Both the position numbers and the translations under genes were made by a program. The notes beneath the pieces are model-generated. The model was not told the origin of the DNA, searched no databases, and worked only from the letters and a program-made list of their open reading frames with translations. DNA of 64,000 nucleotides from Ignavibacteriota bacterium (GTDB taxonomy: Bacteria > Bacteroidota > Ignavibacteria > UBA10030), in contig OY969585.1 in assembly GCA_963701295.1 (NCBI GenBank), forward strand, positions 3,424,001 through 3,488,000, written 5' to 3'. Below, one piece after another: positions 1 through 10,762 of the stretch (its first letter is position 1; each line of letters begins with the position of its first letter).

Positions 1-450
1 AGACGCACCAGTAGTTCCAAGAATATTCGAAATGACGGCGCCTGTCGTTAAGAGCGCTACATTCCCGATAGGAGTTGACTTACCGTGTATCCGGACATGA
101 ATTCCTCCGGCAACGATATACAATGATCCGATGAGTGAAATAAAACTTATGTATTCGTAGGAAGTCAAGAACAGACGTGGAACATTGTGTAATGAAAATG
201 CATAATAAATAACAACCATAAACCCCAATGTATACGCCACGAATGGATAATTCTTCTGCCACCAATATTTGTTAATAAACGGCATGACAGCGAAAGAAAG
301 AAGCAAGAGAAGAAATGGAACGATAAACCATACATTCACCGGAACAATCTTTACCTCTTTGAGAAGGTAACCGAAGAAGTTATAGATCACGATGACTGAA
401 ATGGCAACAGTAGTAAACTTCCAGAGGAGGCGTCGTGTGTGTTGTTTCAT
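1..450 (-). CDS. Putative sodium:proton antiporter (IT/CitMHS_2-like family), 3' end runs off the window
   Basis: Not in the ORF track. Manual translation from the ATG at 450 gives MKQHTRRLLWKF...PFLLLLLSFAVMPFINKYWWQKNY...YEYISFISLIGSLYIVAGGIHV...GAVISNILGTTGAS, open to position 1. The start directly abuts the nuoM stop. Confidence 0.75.
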   Translation of the reverse strand, partial: MKQHTRRLLWKFTTVAISVIVIYNFFGYLLKEVKIVPVNVWFIVPFLLLLLSFAVMPFINKYWWQKNYPFVAYTLGFMVVIYYAFSLHNVPRLFLTSYEYISFISLIGSLYIVAGGIHVRIHGKSTPIGNVALLTTGAVISNILGTTGAS

Positions 451-2040
451 TTACTTTCCAGATTGCACTTGAAGTGCACCCGCAAATTTTATCGGCGATC
501 CGTGCTTCACACTTTCCATTTGTTCAACAGTGTGTTTCACCAACGAAGCAGATTTACTTAAGAATGTTTTCGGAAATACGCCAATCCAGACAACAAAGAG
601 CACAATTGGAACTAACACAGCAATTTCGCGTCTGGTCAAATCCGTAAGATGGTGTCCGCCATAAAGACCGTCTGAATGCACAGGTCCCATCATCACCCGT
701 TGGTACATCCAAAGTATATACACGGCAGAAAATATGACACCGAGGCCTGCAACAACGACGAACCAACGATTATCAAGGAGAGTTGACTTGAACGACCCTA
801 GCATCACAAGAAACTCTCCGACAAAGCCATTTAATCCGGGCAAGCCGATCGAGGAAAAGGAGATAATCATCAGGAATGTTGCATAGACCGGCATCAGCTT
901 CGCCACCCCACCATAGTTGGCAATGGATCTTGTGTGGGTTCGGTCGTAGATCATCCCAACAAGCAAGAAGAGTGCACCAGTGGAAAGACCATGATTGATC
1001 ATTTGAATAATCGCACCTTGTAAGCCTTCTTCCGTCATCGAAAATATTCCGAGCATGACAAATCCCAGATGCGAGACAGAAGAGTATGCAACAAGTTTTT
1101 TCATATCGGTCTGAACCATAGCGACAAGCGCACCGTAGACGATACCGATGACAGCAAGTAAACACATAAATGGCATTGCGCGTAGTGATGCATCGGCAAA
1201 AAGCGGCAAATTGAAACGGATAAACCCATATGTTCCCATTTTCAGCAAAACACCTGCAAGAATAACGCTGCCTGCTGTCGGAGCCTCTACGTGCGCATCA
1301 GGCAGCCACGTATGCAATGGCCACACTGGTACTTTAATAGCAAAACTTAATCCAAATGCCGCAAACATCCACATCTGGAGATTAACAGGAAGCAGTGGTG
1401 CGATGCGGTAGAGGTCAAATAAATTCGTGGTAAACTGTCCGCCAGGAACAGTAGAAGCAAAGTAGCCGAGCCAAATAATCGCAACAAGCATTAAAACACT
1501 GCCGAAGAGTGTGAAGAGAAAGAATTTCACAGCCGCGTATATACGATTGGGCCCGCCCCAGACTCCAATGATGAAGTACATCGGAATCAACATTGCTTCC
1601 CAGAAAATGTAGAAGAGGAACAAATCGAGAGAAGCAAAAACACCGATCATCCCTACTTCCAACAACAATATCATCATGGAATATCCTTTGAGCTGCTTCT
1701 CGATGGAGTTCCATGTGCCCAAAAGCGCCAGAGGTGTAAGAAATGTCGTTAACATAATTAAAAGAAGAGACATTCCATCGATGCCAACAAAATAACTGAT
1801 ATTGAGATTGCCTATCCAAGTAAACTTATGTAGGAATTGGAACCCTCCAATTGCTGTGTCATAACCAAAAAAAAGAAAGAGTGAAATGAGAAACGTCGCT
1901 ATCGATCCACCCAAAGTCACCAGTTTTATTCCCCTGATATTTTCCTTTGGCAGAAAAAAAATGACAACCGTAAAAACAAGCGGAAGAAAGATAATCGTTG
2001 TAAGGATGAATCCGGATGCCATTGAATCAATTCCAGTCAA
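451..2040 (-). CDS. nuoM: NADH-quinone oxidoreductase subunit M
   Basis: Motifs LFYIFWEAMLIPMY, KVPVWPLHTWLPDAHVEAP and KKLVAYSSVSH; follows nuoL. Confidence 0.95.
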   Translation of the reverse strand: MTGIDSMASGFILTTIIFLPLVFTVVIFFLPKENIRGIKLVTLGGSIATFLISLFLFFGYDTAIGGFQFLHKFTWIGNLNISYFVGIDGMSLLLIMLTTFLTPLALLGTWNSIEKQLKGYSMMILLLEVGMIGVFASLDLFLFYIFWEAMLIPMYFIIGVWGGPNRIYAAVKFFLFTLFGSVLMLVAIIWLGYFASTVPGGQFTTNLFDLYRIAPLLPVNLQMWMFAAFGLSFAIKVPVWPLHTWLPDAHVEAPTAGSVILAGVLLKMGTYGFIRFNLPLFADASLRAMPFMCLLAVIGIVYGALVAMVQTDMKKLVAYSSVSHLGFVMLGIFSMTEEGLQGAIIQMINHGLSTGALFLLVGMIYDRTHTRSIANYGGVAKLMPVYATFLMIISFSSIGLPGLNGFVGEFLVMLGSFKSTLLDNRWFVVVAGLGVIFSAVYILWMYQRVMMGPVHSDGLYGGHHLTDLTRREIAVLVPIVLFVVWIGVFPKTFLSKSASLVKHTVEQMESVKHGSPIKFAGALQVQSGK

Positions 2041-2041
2041 A

Positions 2042-3997
2042 TTATTTGAGTAACAGCCATGTAATCACAAAGAGAATACCACCGATAAATACGACTGCAT
2101 AAAATTGTGCCACACCGGTTTGAATTTTCCGCAAAGATTGCGCTATTGCACTGATAACCTTAGCCGATCCATTCACCATTCCATCAATCAAAGTGACATC
2201 GACGACCTTCCAAAGAATTTCTTCAGAAGTCTTCACCGCCGGTTCAACAATCACCGCACCGTATATTTCATCGACATAATACTTATTCAATAACAATCGA
2301 TAGACGCGAGGATACCGTTGTTGGAGTGAAGTAGCAATTTCGATACGTTGTAGATATACCCAACGCGCAGCATAAATTCCTGCGATTGCAATACCCACAG
2401 AAACAACCATCAGCAAATATTCCATTATCCCACCGGAATATTCACTTGACATCAATTTATATTGTGCATGAGAAAAAACAGGATCAAGCCAATGCTCAAT
2501 AGCGCTCCAATGTGGAATTCCAACGAATCCACCAACGATCGAAAGTCCTGCAAGAATTATAAGAGGCACCGTCATTGTTTTGGGTGCTTCATGCGGGTGA
2601 AGATGATGATCTCCGCCAGAGCCGGATCCGCCTTTAGCGGAGAAGCGACTTTTCCCTAGAAAAGTAAGTGTCACCAATCGGAACATGTAGAATGCTGTCA
2701 TCGCAGCGCCAAAGACACCGAGCAACCATAGAACCCAAGAACCTTGCTCGCTGTTGAATGTCTTCCAGAGAATTTCATCCTTGCTAAAAAATCCTGCGAA
2801 CGGGGGAATACCTGCAATTGCAATTGCGCCGATTAAAAATGTCTTGTAGGTGGTCGGAAGGTATTCTTTCAATCCACCCATTTTCTGTATATCCTGTTCA
2901 TCATGCATCGCATGGATCACTGCACCGGAGCCAAGAAAGAGGAGCGCTTTGAAAAATGCATGCGTCATCAAATGGAAGATACCAGCGCTAAAAGCCGCGA
3001 CACCCATTGCAAGAAACATATACCCAAGCTGGCTAATCGTCGAATAAGCAAGAACCTTTTTGATATCGTTCTGAACGAGACCAATGGTCGCTGCAAACAC
3101 TGCTGTGACTGCACCGATAACCGCCACAACTTCCATTGCAACCGGAGAAAGGGCATAAAGAATAGAACAACGTGCGACCATATAGACGCCAGCTGTCACC
3201 ATTGTCGCAGCATGGATAAGTGCGCTCACAGGAGTTGGACCTGCCATCGCATCCGGCAGCCAGACATACAATGGAATCTGCGCCGATTTACCAATTGCAC
3301 CAAAGAAGAGGAGCAATGTAATCCAGAGAATAGTTGTATTCCCCATTGATAATAGTGATGCACCGCTGAACACAGTACTGAAGTTGAGACTGCCAAAAGT
3401 AGAGAATATTAACAACATGCCAATAATGAATCCAAAGTCGCCGATGCGGTTAACCACAAACGCTTTCTTTGCGGCATCACCCGTAAATTTCTTCTCATAC
3501 CAAAATCCGATGAGGAGGTAAGAACAAAGTCCAACACCTTCCCATCCAAGAAATAGAAGAAGGAAGTTATCGGCAAGAACGAGATTGAGCATTGCAAAGA
3601 TAAAGAGATTCAAGTATGCAAAGAATCGCCAGAAACCACGATCGTCATGCATATATCCGATGGAATAGACATGAATCAGAAACCCGACGCCTGTGACAAT
3701 AAGCGCCATCAAAATGGAAATCTGATCAATTTGATAAGCAATGTCGACACTGAACGAACTTGGTGATCCGGTGAATGCTGAAAGCCATGTAAACAAGGTA
3801 ACAATCTGCTTTCTCTGCTCCGGCTCCACGCTCAGCATTTGGAAGAACACTAATAATGCAAAGAGGAATGACAATCCAACCGTGCCGCTTCCGAGAATAC
3901 CGATAAGCTTTTCGCTTTTCATCCGAGACCCGAAAAGACCAAGTATGAGGAACCCTAGCAACGGAAAAATAACGATGAGCGGCGTGTATATATTCAT
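2042..3997 (-). CDS. nuoL: NADH-quinone oxidoreductase subunit L
   Basis: Motifs GWEGVGLCSYLLIGFW, KSAQIPLYVWLPDAMAGPTPVSALIHAATMV and HAFFKALLFL. Confidence 0.96.
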   Translation of the reverse strand: MNIYTPLIVIFPLLGFLILGLFGSRMKSEKLIGILGSGTVGLSFLFALLVFFQMLSVEPEQRKQIVTLFTWLSAFTGSPSSFSVDIAYQIDQISILMALIVTGVGFLIHVYSIGYMHDDRGFWRFFAYLNLFIFAMLNLVLADNFLLLFLGWEGVGLCSYLLIGFWYEKKFTGDAAKKAFVVNRIGDFGFIIGMLLIFSTFGSLNFSTVFSGASLLSMGNTTILWITLLLFFGAIGKSAQIPLYVWLPDAMAGPTPVSALIHAATMVTAGVYMVARCSILYALSPVAMEVVAVIGAVTAVFAATIGLVQNDIKKVLAYSTISQLGYMFLAMGVAAFSAGIFHLMTHAFFKALLFLGSGAVIHAMHDEQDIQKMGGLKEYLPTTYKTFLIGAIAIAGIPPFAGFFSKDEILWKTFNSEQGSWVLWLLGVFGAAMTAFYMFRLVTLTFLGKSRFSAKGGSGSGGDHHLHPHEAPKTMTVPLIILAGLSIVGGFVGIPHWSAIEHWLDPVFSHAQYKLMSSEYSGGIMEYLLMVVSVGIAIAGIYAARWVYLQRIEIATSLQQRYPRVYRLLLNKYYVDEIYGAVIVEPAVKTSEEILWKVVDVTLIDGMVNGSAKVISAIAQSLRKIQTGVAQFYAVVFIGGILFVITWLLLK

Positions 3998-4115
3998 TTC
4001 TTCAGATTCTATCGTGTTTGTTTTTATGCAGATTGCAGATGACGCATTACCGATTATGTTTTTCCACCTACTGTCTACCTTTTACTTTCTACTTTTTTAC
4101 TTTCACACTTCCTTA

Positions 4116-4424
4116 TTACCATTTCATAATATTAATTTCATCAAGATTGACCGTTTGCTTTCGTCGAAAGAGCGCAATGACAATTGCTAAACCAACTGCT
4201 GCTTCTGCGGCCGCAACGGTCATAACGAAGAACACAAACACCTGTCCTGTAGCGTCACCCAGAAATGCAGAGAAAGCAACGAATGTCAGGTTAACGGAAT
4301 TCAACATCAACTCGATAGACATAAATACGATGATGGCATTCCGGCGTGTTACAACGCCAACGGCACCGATTATAAACATCATAGCGCTTAGGATCAGATA
4401 TGATTGCAGAGAAACCATAGTCAA
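4116..4424 (-). CDS. nuoK: NADH-quinone oxidoreductase subunit K
   Basis: ~100 aa with [11 protein letters not shown] and [12 protein letters not shown]. Confidence 0.95.
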   Translation of the reverse strand: MTMVSLQSYLILSAMMFIIGAVGVVTRRNAIIVFMSIELMLNSVNLTFVAFSAFLGDATGQVFVFFVMTVAAAEAAVGLAIVIALFRRKQTVNLDEINIMKW

Positions 4425-4457
4425 TTCATAAGATAAAAGAATAACGTGATTACTATT

Positions 4458-4967
4458 TCAATCGAGATTTTTTTTCGCTATAACAATCGCACCAACGATC
4501 GCTGCCGTGAGCAGCAACGAAGTTACTTCAAATGGAAACAGGAACTGAGTAAAGAGTATGCGTCCGATCGCTTCTACTGTTCCTATATTCGTAGCTCGTG
4601 TCATCTCAATGGTCTGCGTACCGCTAGGTGTGATAAAGATATAAACCAATTCCATCAACACACCGAAGCCGAAACCCCCAGCCACTACTTTTTTCCACGA
4701 AAAGCCATCCCGCAGGCTGCGTTCATCACCAAGATTGAGCAGCATAATCACAAAGACAAAGAGCACCATAATAGCGCCTGCGTAAACGAGAATCTGAACA
4801 ACTGCAATAAACTGAGCATGGAGTGTAAGATAAATACCGGCAAGACAGAAAAAATTGACGATTAGATATATCGCCGAGATAATTGGATTGCGTCGAGTAA
4901 TTACCAATAACGCAGAAACGATTCCACCAAGCGCAAATATGTAAAAAAGAATTTGTTCGAGAGTCAC
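4458..4967 (-). CDS. nuoJ: NADH-quinone oxidoreductase subunit J
   Basis: Motifs QILVYAGAIMVLFVFVIMLL and PFEVTSLLL. Confidence 0.95.
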   Translation of the reverse strand: MTLEQILFYIFALGGIVSALLVITRRNPIISAIYLIVNFFCLAGIYLTLHAQFIAVVQILVYAGAIMVLFVFVIMLLNLGDERSLRDGFSWKKVVAGGFGFGVLMELVYIFITPSGTQTIEMTRATNIGTVEAIGRILFTQFLFPFEVTSLLLTAAIVGAIVIAKKNLD

Positions 4968-5004
4968 GTTTTCAATCCAAAATATTTTTTAAATACAAAA
5001 AATG

Positions 5005-6252
5005 TCATTTTTCACGTACCCAGTGGAAAAGTTCTGCAAGTGTCGGCCTTTTTCCATACGATAAAATCGCAATACGAAAAATCTTTCCCGCCACCCACAT
5101 CATGAAAATAGAAGAAACAAGGAGAAGTCCTATCGTGCACAAAATTTCCCATGTTGCCGGCATTTGGATTGGGATGCGCAGCACCATCAACGTCGGTGTC
5201 AGTAATGGAACAAATGATAGTACCTTAATCCAAACCGAATTGGCGTTTTGCATCACAGGAATTGCAATCACCATTGGAAAAACGAGCAACAGACTTACAT
5301 ATGTCGTAATTTGCTGTGCCTCTTGTTCTGTGGTTACCGGAGATCCAGCAGCGACAAATATTGCTGAATAGAAAATGTAACCCAAAACAAAATAAATAAA
5401 CGAGAGCATCAAACTACCGGAGGTGAAAAGATTTGAGCCGGTTTTTAATGTCACTGCAAAACCAATCATTCCCCAAATAAGCATTTGTAAAATTCCGAGT
5501 CCGCTGAGCCCAAGAATTTTCCCTACCATTAAATCCTGTGCCGAGCACGAAGAAAGCAATACTTCTATAACACGATTCGATTTTTCTTCTACAACACTTC
5601 GGATAAGAAGCTGGCCCGACGTCATGACCAAAAAAAGTAACATCATAATGACAATGTATCCGCTGAAAAATGTTTCGAGAAACCCTGATTCCTTTTCTTC
5701 GCCTTTTTCAGAGATCTTGATGGATTTTACATCTACATCCGCAATGATTTTTTTTATGAGAGACGGATCAAGCCCCTGCTTTATAATTCGACTCTCGACA
5801 ATTACTTCTTCAATCGTACGGGAGAATCGTTCTTGAATTCTCAAATTACCCACATTTTCTGCACGGTATTCCACCTTCCCACTGTCAAAGATAGCCTGTG
5901 GAAAATAAAAATAACCGCTTAGATCTCCAGATGTCACCAGACGATTTGCTTCAGCCTTTTTCTTTTCAATATCACCTTGCATAGTTAAGTTTTTTATAAC
6001 ATAGTTCGGATTACTATCCGGTAATTTATATTTTTCATCAAGCTTTTTTGAAAGCGGACCGACAACGCTTTGAGATTCATCAATAATACCAATAATAGTT
6101 GAAGTAGTATCAGGCCGTGAGGCTAAAATTCCCGGCAATACTCCGAACAATATCATAATAACCGGCATAATGACGAGCGATATGATGAACGCTTTTGACT
6201 TAACCTTTTCACTGAATTCCCATATTGCAACTTCAAATGATTTCGATTTCAT
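5005..6252 (-). CDS. ABC-2 type transporter permease (NatB-like)
   Basis: N-terminal TM helix, large extracytoplasmic loop, VVEEKSNRVIEVLLSS motif and C-terminal TM helices; overlaps the ATPase gene. Confidence 0.88.
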   Translation of the reverse strand: MKSKSFEVAIWEFSEKVKSKAFIISLVIMPVIMILFGVLPGILASRPDTTSTIIGIIDESQSVVGPLSKKLDEKYKLPDSNPNYVIKNLTMQGDIEKKKAEANRLVTSGDLSGYFYFPQAIFDSGKVEYRAENVGNLRIQERFSRTIEEVIVESRIIKQGLDPSLIKKIIADVDVKSIKISEKGEEKESGFLETFFSGYIVIMMLLFLVMTSGQLLIRSVVEEKSNRVIEVLLSSCSAQDLMVGKILGLSGLGILQMLIWGMIGFAVTLKTGSNLFTSGSLMLSFIYFVLGYIFYSAIFVAAGSPVTTEQEAQQITTYVSLLLVFPMVIAIPVMQNANSVWIKVLSFVPLLTPTLMVLRIPIQMPATWEILCTIGLLLVSSIFMMWVAGKIFRIAILSYGKRPTLAELFHWVREK

Positions 6253-7433
6253 GGCTGCACCTCTTGAGATATTTTTGCCATGAATTCTTGTTTCACTTTT
6301 TTCTTCATTAGTATGAACCTGACGCCGCTTATGACGACCAAGGCGTATGGGATTCCGATAGATAGAAGTTGTGGATTCGGCCGAAAAAAAGCAGAGACAG
6401 TGAAGACAATAGCAAGAATCCCCATTCCTATGAATGAAAATAATGCTTTCCGAACTCGCCCATCTTTCATAACAAGATCGTTAGTTGATTTTTGCTGAAT
6501 TTGAGGAACAGGAATCGGCTTTCCGCTTGCTTGTTCAATTTCTTGAGGGCCGCCAACAACATTAATAAAAATAGAATTCAGGGAGGGTTCGACAATTTCA
6601 AATTTTCTCAGCGATAATTTTCCATTGAGATTCGCAAGCAATTCGCTGCTCTTGGAAATATCGGTAAGCTCAAGTTCAGCATAATTCTGATAGATATCCG
6701 CTCGGCGAATAAAATTAAAACTTTTAAGAAATTCACCATCGCCTTCATATTCAAGATGAATAGAGTTGGTTCCATAGCGTTTCTTGATCTCATATAATTC
6801 TCCGCTGAGCACAGGTTTCCCTTTGTTGATCAAGCAAATGTTATCGCACATTTTTTCCACTTGTTCCATTTGATGCGTAGAGAAAACGATGGCGGTATTC
6901 TGCTGGCGAAGCTCAAGCAAAATATCTTTCAAAAGAACTTGGTTTACAGGGTCAAGACCTGTGAAAGGTTCATCAAGAATGAGTAATTGAGGACTGTGCA
7001 AAATAGATATGATAAGCTGGATTTTCTGTTGATTCCCTTTTGAGAGCTCCTCAATTTTCCGATGATACTCATCTTTCAACCCAAATCTTTCCAGCCAATA
7101 GATTGCTAAGGGTTTGGCTTGTTTTGGCGACAGACCTTTTAAAGCTGCAAAATAGAGAATCGCATTTATGATTTTACTTTTACGATACAGACCCCGTTCT
7201 TCCGGTAAGTACCCGATAGTATTCCATGTATTATCTGTAAACGGTTTTCCATCAAAATAAATCTCACCTCTATCCGGCTGGATAATATTAAGTATTGTTC
7301 GTATGGTAGTCGTTTTGCCAGCGCCGTTGGGGCCAAGCAAACCGAACAATTCTCCCCGTTTCACTTCCAACGATACGCCATCCACCGCAACGACGGTATC
7401 GTATTCTTTTCTAAGATTTGTTACTTTCAGCAT
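6249..7433 (-). CDS. ABC transporter ATP-binding protein (NatA-like) with hydrophobic C-terminal extension
   Basis: Walker A GPNGAGKT, signature LSKGNQQK, Walker B LILDEP; two hydrophobic segments at the C-terminus. Confidence 0.9.
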   Translation of the reverse strand: MLKVTNLRKEYDTVVAVDGVSLEVKRGELFGLLGPNGAGKTTTIRTILNIIQPDRGEIYFDGKPFTDNTWNTIGYLPEERGLYRKSKIINAILYFAALKGLSPKQAKPLAIYWLERFGLKDEYHRKIEELSKGNQQKIQLIISILHSPQLLILDEPFTGLDPVNQVLLKDILLELRQQNTAIVFSTHQMEQVEKMCDNICLINKGKPVLSGELYEIKKRYGTNSIHLEYEGDGEFLKSFNFIRRADIYQNYAELELTDISKSSELLANLNGKLSLRKFEIVEPSLNSIFINVVGGPQEIEQASGKPIPVPQIQQKSTNDLVMKDGRVRKALFSFIGMGILAIVFTVSAFFRPNPQLLSIGIPYALVVISGVRFILMKKKVKQEFMAKISQEVQP

Positions 7434-7505
7434 ACGTTTTTATTATACTCTTTCGTCTTGAAGTCTTTTTCTCTATTGTACCAATCTTAAAGATTTTTTT
7501 TGGAT

Positions 7506-8813
7506 CTATGGCGTGTTACGATAAATCATACGTGGGAACGGAGATGTTTCGCGTACATGTTCGGTTCCGCAAATCCAACCAACCGTTCGTTCAACACCAA
7601 GGCCAAATCCAGCGTGAGGTACACTCCCGAAGCGGCGTAAATCAAGATACCATTCAAATGCTTCCTGCGGAAGTTTATGCTCCTTGATGCGCGCCAATAA
7701 TACATCCAAATCATCTTCACGCTGGCTGCCGCCGATGATTTCTCCATACCCTTCCGGGGCCAATACATCAACAGCAAGTGCAAGTTTAGGATTCTCCGGA
7801 TCGCGTTTCATATAAAAAGCCTTCACGTCAGAAGGATAGCGATGCACCATGACCGGACGATCAAACTGTTCAGAGACAACCGTCTCATCCGTTCCGCCTA
7901 AGTCATTTCCCCACTCAAATGGCAATCCTTTATCGTGGAGAATCTTGACTGCTTCATCGTATGTAATACGCGGCAGCGGTTTTTTCACATTTTGCAGTTT
8001 TGTTATATCTCGTTCCAACACTTTCAATTCCGCGACGCAATCCTTCAAAACGCTTTGCACAATGTACTCCAGGAAATCTTCCGCCAGATCCATATCATCG
8101 TTCAGATCATTAAATGCAACTTCCGGCTCAACCATCCAGAACTCTGTTAGGTGTCGTCGTGTCTTCGATTTTTCCGCGCGAAACGTCGGTCCGAAGCAAT
8201 ACACTTTGCCGAACGCCATCGCGCTCGCTTCAGCATAGAGTTGCCCAGACTGAGTCAGGTATGCTTTTCCAAGGTCGAAGTAATCCGTTTCGAACAATGT
8301 CGAAGTACCTTCGCATGCTGCCGGCGTTAAAATTGGCGAATCAACAAGTGTAAAACCGCGCTTGTCGAAAAAATCGCGGATGGCCTTAACAACCCTATGC
8401 CTTATCCGCATAATAGCATGCTGTCGCGAAGACCGTAGCCAAAGGTGCCTCCGATCGGCAAGAAATTCGATACCGTGCTCTTTTGGAGTAATTGGATAGT
8501 CATGTGCAATCTGATACACATGAGGAATATCGGAAAGCTCCATTTCGAAACCACCTGGTGCACGTGGTTCCTTTTTAATCTTTCCTTTAATCGAGAAAGA
8601 AGATTCCTGTGTGAGTGCATCGAACTTGTCAAAAACCTCATCCGGCACTCCGCCCTTTACCATGACAGATTGAATTACTCCGGTTCCATCCCTCAGGAGC
8701 AAGAAACGGACCTTTCCGCTTGATCGCTTATTATACAGCCATCCGTGCAGCTGAACTTCTTCACCTACATACTGGTCTAATTGGTCAATATAGATACGTG
8801 CCATTGTTCCCAT
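7506..8813 (-). CDS. asnS: Asparagine--tRNA ligase
   Basis: OB-fold N-terminus; [30 protein letters not shown] and [11 protein letters not shown]. Confidence 0.95.
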   Translation of the reverse strand: MGTMARIYIDQLDQYVGEEVQLHGWLYNKRSSGKVRFLLLRDGTGVIQSVMVKGGVPDEVFDKFDALTQESSFSIKGKIKKEPRAPGGFEMELSDIPHVYQIAHDYPITPKEHGIEFLADRRHLWLRSSRQHAIMRIRHRVVKAIRDFFDKRGFTLVDSPILTPAACEGTSTLFETDYFDLGKAYLTQSGQLYAEASAMAFGKVYCFGPTFRAEKSKTRRHLTEFWMVEPEVAFNDLNDDMDLAEDFLEYIVQSVLKDCVAELKVLERDITKLQNVKKPLPRITYDEAVKILHDKGLPFEWGNDLGGTDETVVSEQFDRPVMVHRYPSDVKAFYMKRDPENPKLALAVDVLAPEGYGEIIGGSQREDDLDVLLARIKEHKLPQEAFEWYLDLRRFGSVPHAGFGLGVERTVGWICGTEHVRETSPFPRMIYRNTP

Positions 8814-8897
8814 TCAATTTATGAGAAATAATGTTTGAAGAATATAGCGAACTAATCAGACTTGTTCAATTGGAATGAAAAATTATGGAGAGTAAAC

Positions 8898-9140
8898 TTA
8901 TGTATTTGACTCCGGTTTGCTTTCCTTTTGTTTGTCAGGTAGTTCAACAAACTTCGCATCTTGAACATCTTTATAGTTTTCTTTCGGCTTCGAGGGTGTT
9001 TCTGGCTGAACGGAGCGTGAAAACGGGCGGGACGATCCCATTAATACTCTTATAATTCCTTTTACGAGCGTCAGCACAAAATAAATCACAAACGCTGCAA
9101 TAAAAAAACGAACAAGAGAAAATATTAATATCCTGATCAT
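8898..9140 (-). CDS. Small membrane-anchored hypothetical protein
   Basis: Hydrophobic N-terminus and 'VQDAKFVE' tail; in operon context. Confidence 0.7.
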   Translation of the reverse strand: MIRILIFSLVRFFIAAFVIYFVLTLVKGIIRVLMGSSRPFSRSVQPETPSKPKENYKDVQDAKFVELPDKQKESKPESNT

Positions 9141-9147
9141 ACTATTT

Positions 9148-9795
9148 CTACACCAGCGGATTGTAATACTCGACCGGCGCCTTATTCGGTCGAAGGATCT
9201 GAGTCAGAAGATCTTCAAAATGATCCGGATTGCCGACAAAATCGATGTCTGTAGCTTTCACGATCAACAACGGTGTTGACTTGTAACGAAAGAAGAAATA
9301 ATTATACGCTTCGTTGAGTTCCTTAATATATTCCTCTGACATATTCCTTTCCATCTCCCGCCCACGTTTCCTGATGTTCTCCATCAAGCGATCGACACTC
9401 GACTGAAGATAGATCACAAGATCCGGCGGTGGGATGGCTCTCTCGATCGCGGTCAATAAATTCTCATACAGCTTCAGTTCGTCATCGCGCAGTGTGAGGT
9501 ACGCAAAAATCTTGTCTTTCTCAAAAATGTAATCAGAAACAATGTGTGAGTGAAAAAGATCTGCTTGGAACAATTCCTGCTGCTGTCTGTACCGGCTCAG
9601 AAGAAAGAATATTTGTGTTTGAAAAGCGTAGTGTTCGGGGTCCTCATAAAACCTGGGCAAAAATGGATTCTCTTCAAATTTTTCCAGCACGAAGCGTGCA
9701 CCCAAACGCTCCGACAACATACGTGCAAGTGATGTTTTGCCTGCACCAATAACACCTTCAATGGCAATATAATGAATTTCAGAAGGGAGCTGCAC
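9148..9795 (-). CDS. Deoxynucleoside kinase
   Basis: IAIEGVIGAGKT P-loop, ENPFLPRFY, PDLVIYL and RKRGR motifs. Confidence 0.92.
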   Translation of the reverse strand: MQLPSEIHYIAIEGVIGAGKTSLARMLSERLGARFVLEKFEENPFLPRFYEDPEHYAFQTQIFFLLSRYRQQQELFQADLFHSHIVSDYIFEKDKIFAYLTLRDDELKLYENLLTAIERAIPPPDLVIYLQSSVDRLMENIRKRGREMERNMSEEYIKELNEAYNYFFFRYKSTPLLIVKATDIDFVGNPDHFEDLLTQILRPNKAPVEYYNPLV

Positions 9796-9798
9796 CGC

Positions 9799-10320
9799 TT
9801 ACACCTTTGCCTGAAGATCCATAGGGAGAGAAATCTTACGTACCGTTCTTGTATCCGAGCAGCGCCGTAAAAGCTCCTTCATACTCAGACATTGCATGGG
9901 ATCAAGAAATTCTCCAGCAATTTCTTTCATCGGCACAAGAACAAACCTTCGGTTAGCAATTTCAGGATGAGGTAATTGCAATCTTTCATCGTTGAATACT
10001 TCGCTGCCATAGTAGAGCATGTCCAGATCAATCTCCCTTGGCCCCCAATGTTCAGTGTGTGTTCTGCCTAGAGTATCTTCTATTTCTTTCAGTCTCCATA
10101 ATAAATCTTGTGGAAGCAATGTTGATTCCAACTCGGCTACCATATTGAGAAATTGCGGTTGTTCTTTTTTCCCAACCGGTTCTGTTTCATACACCGAGGA
10201 ATATTTCTTTATAATTATTTGCGGCGACTTTGCTATCTCGCCAAGTGCTTGAAATAAATAGTTCACCCGGTCGCCGAGATTTGAACCCAATCCAATAAAT
10301 ACCTGAACCATCTCTCTCAC
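9799..10320 (-). CDS. folK: 2-amino-4-hydroxy-6-hydroxymethyldihydropteridine diphosphokinase
   Basis: IGLGSNLG, WGPREIDLD, LPHP and RRFVLVP. Confidence 0.95.
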   Translation of the reverse strand: MREMVQVFIGLGSNLGDRVNYLFQALGEIAKSPQIIIKKYSSVYETEPVGKKEQPQFLNMVAELESTLLPQDLLWRLKEIEDTLGRTHTEHWGPREIDLDMLYYGSEVFNDERLQLPHPEIANRRFVLVPMKEIAGEFLDPMQCLSMKELLRRCSDTRTVRKISLPMDLQAKV

Positions 10321-10707
10321 CTACCTTCGCGTTTCTGTGAGTTCTACTTCAACATGATCGATCACACCCCTCACAGGAGCACCCGGTTTGCGTACTCGTA
10401 TCGTTACGGAGTCTACCTTAGAAAAATTCTTCAGGATCCCTTTCCCGATGGAACTTGCAAGCGATTCGAGGAGTAAGTGCTTCTTATCCAACACCAATGA
10501 GCGTATACAATCGTATACACGTTCATAATTGACTGTATCCTGAAGGTGATCGCTCTTTGCTCCTCGTGCGAGGTCACAATGTAAATCGACATCCACATCG
10601 AATTTGCCACCAAGACTCTGTTCATCCGTCAATACTCCATGATATGCATAAAATACTGCGTTATGAATGCGGATGATACCGAGTTTTTTTTTCTTTTTGG
10701 TCGACAT
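10321..10707 (-). CDS. folB: Dihydroneopterin aldolase
   Basis: FYAYHGV, DTVNY, LLESLA and RKP motifs; adjacent to folK. Confidence 0.93.
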   Translation of the reverse strand: MSTKKKKKLGIIRIHNAVFYAYHGVLTDEQSLGGKFDVDVDLHCDLARGAKSDHLQDTVNYERVYDCIRSLVLDKKHLLLESLASSIGKGILKNFSKVDSVTIRVRKPGAPVRGVIDHVEVELTETRR

Positions 10708-10762
10708 ATATAATTCTTTTCAATGATAGAAGAATATAGAGAACCAATACCCGAAAGGCAAT

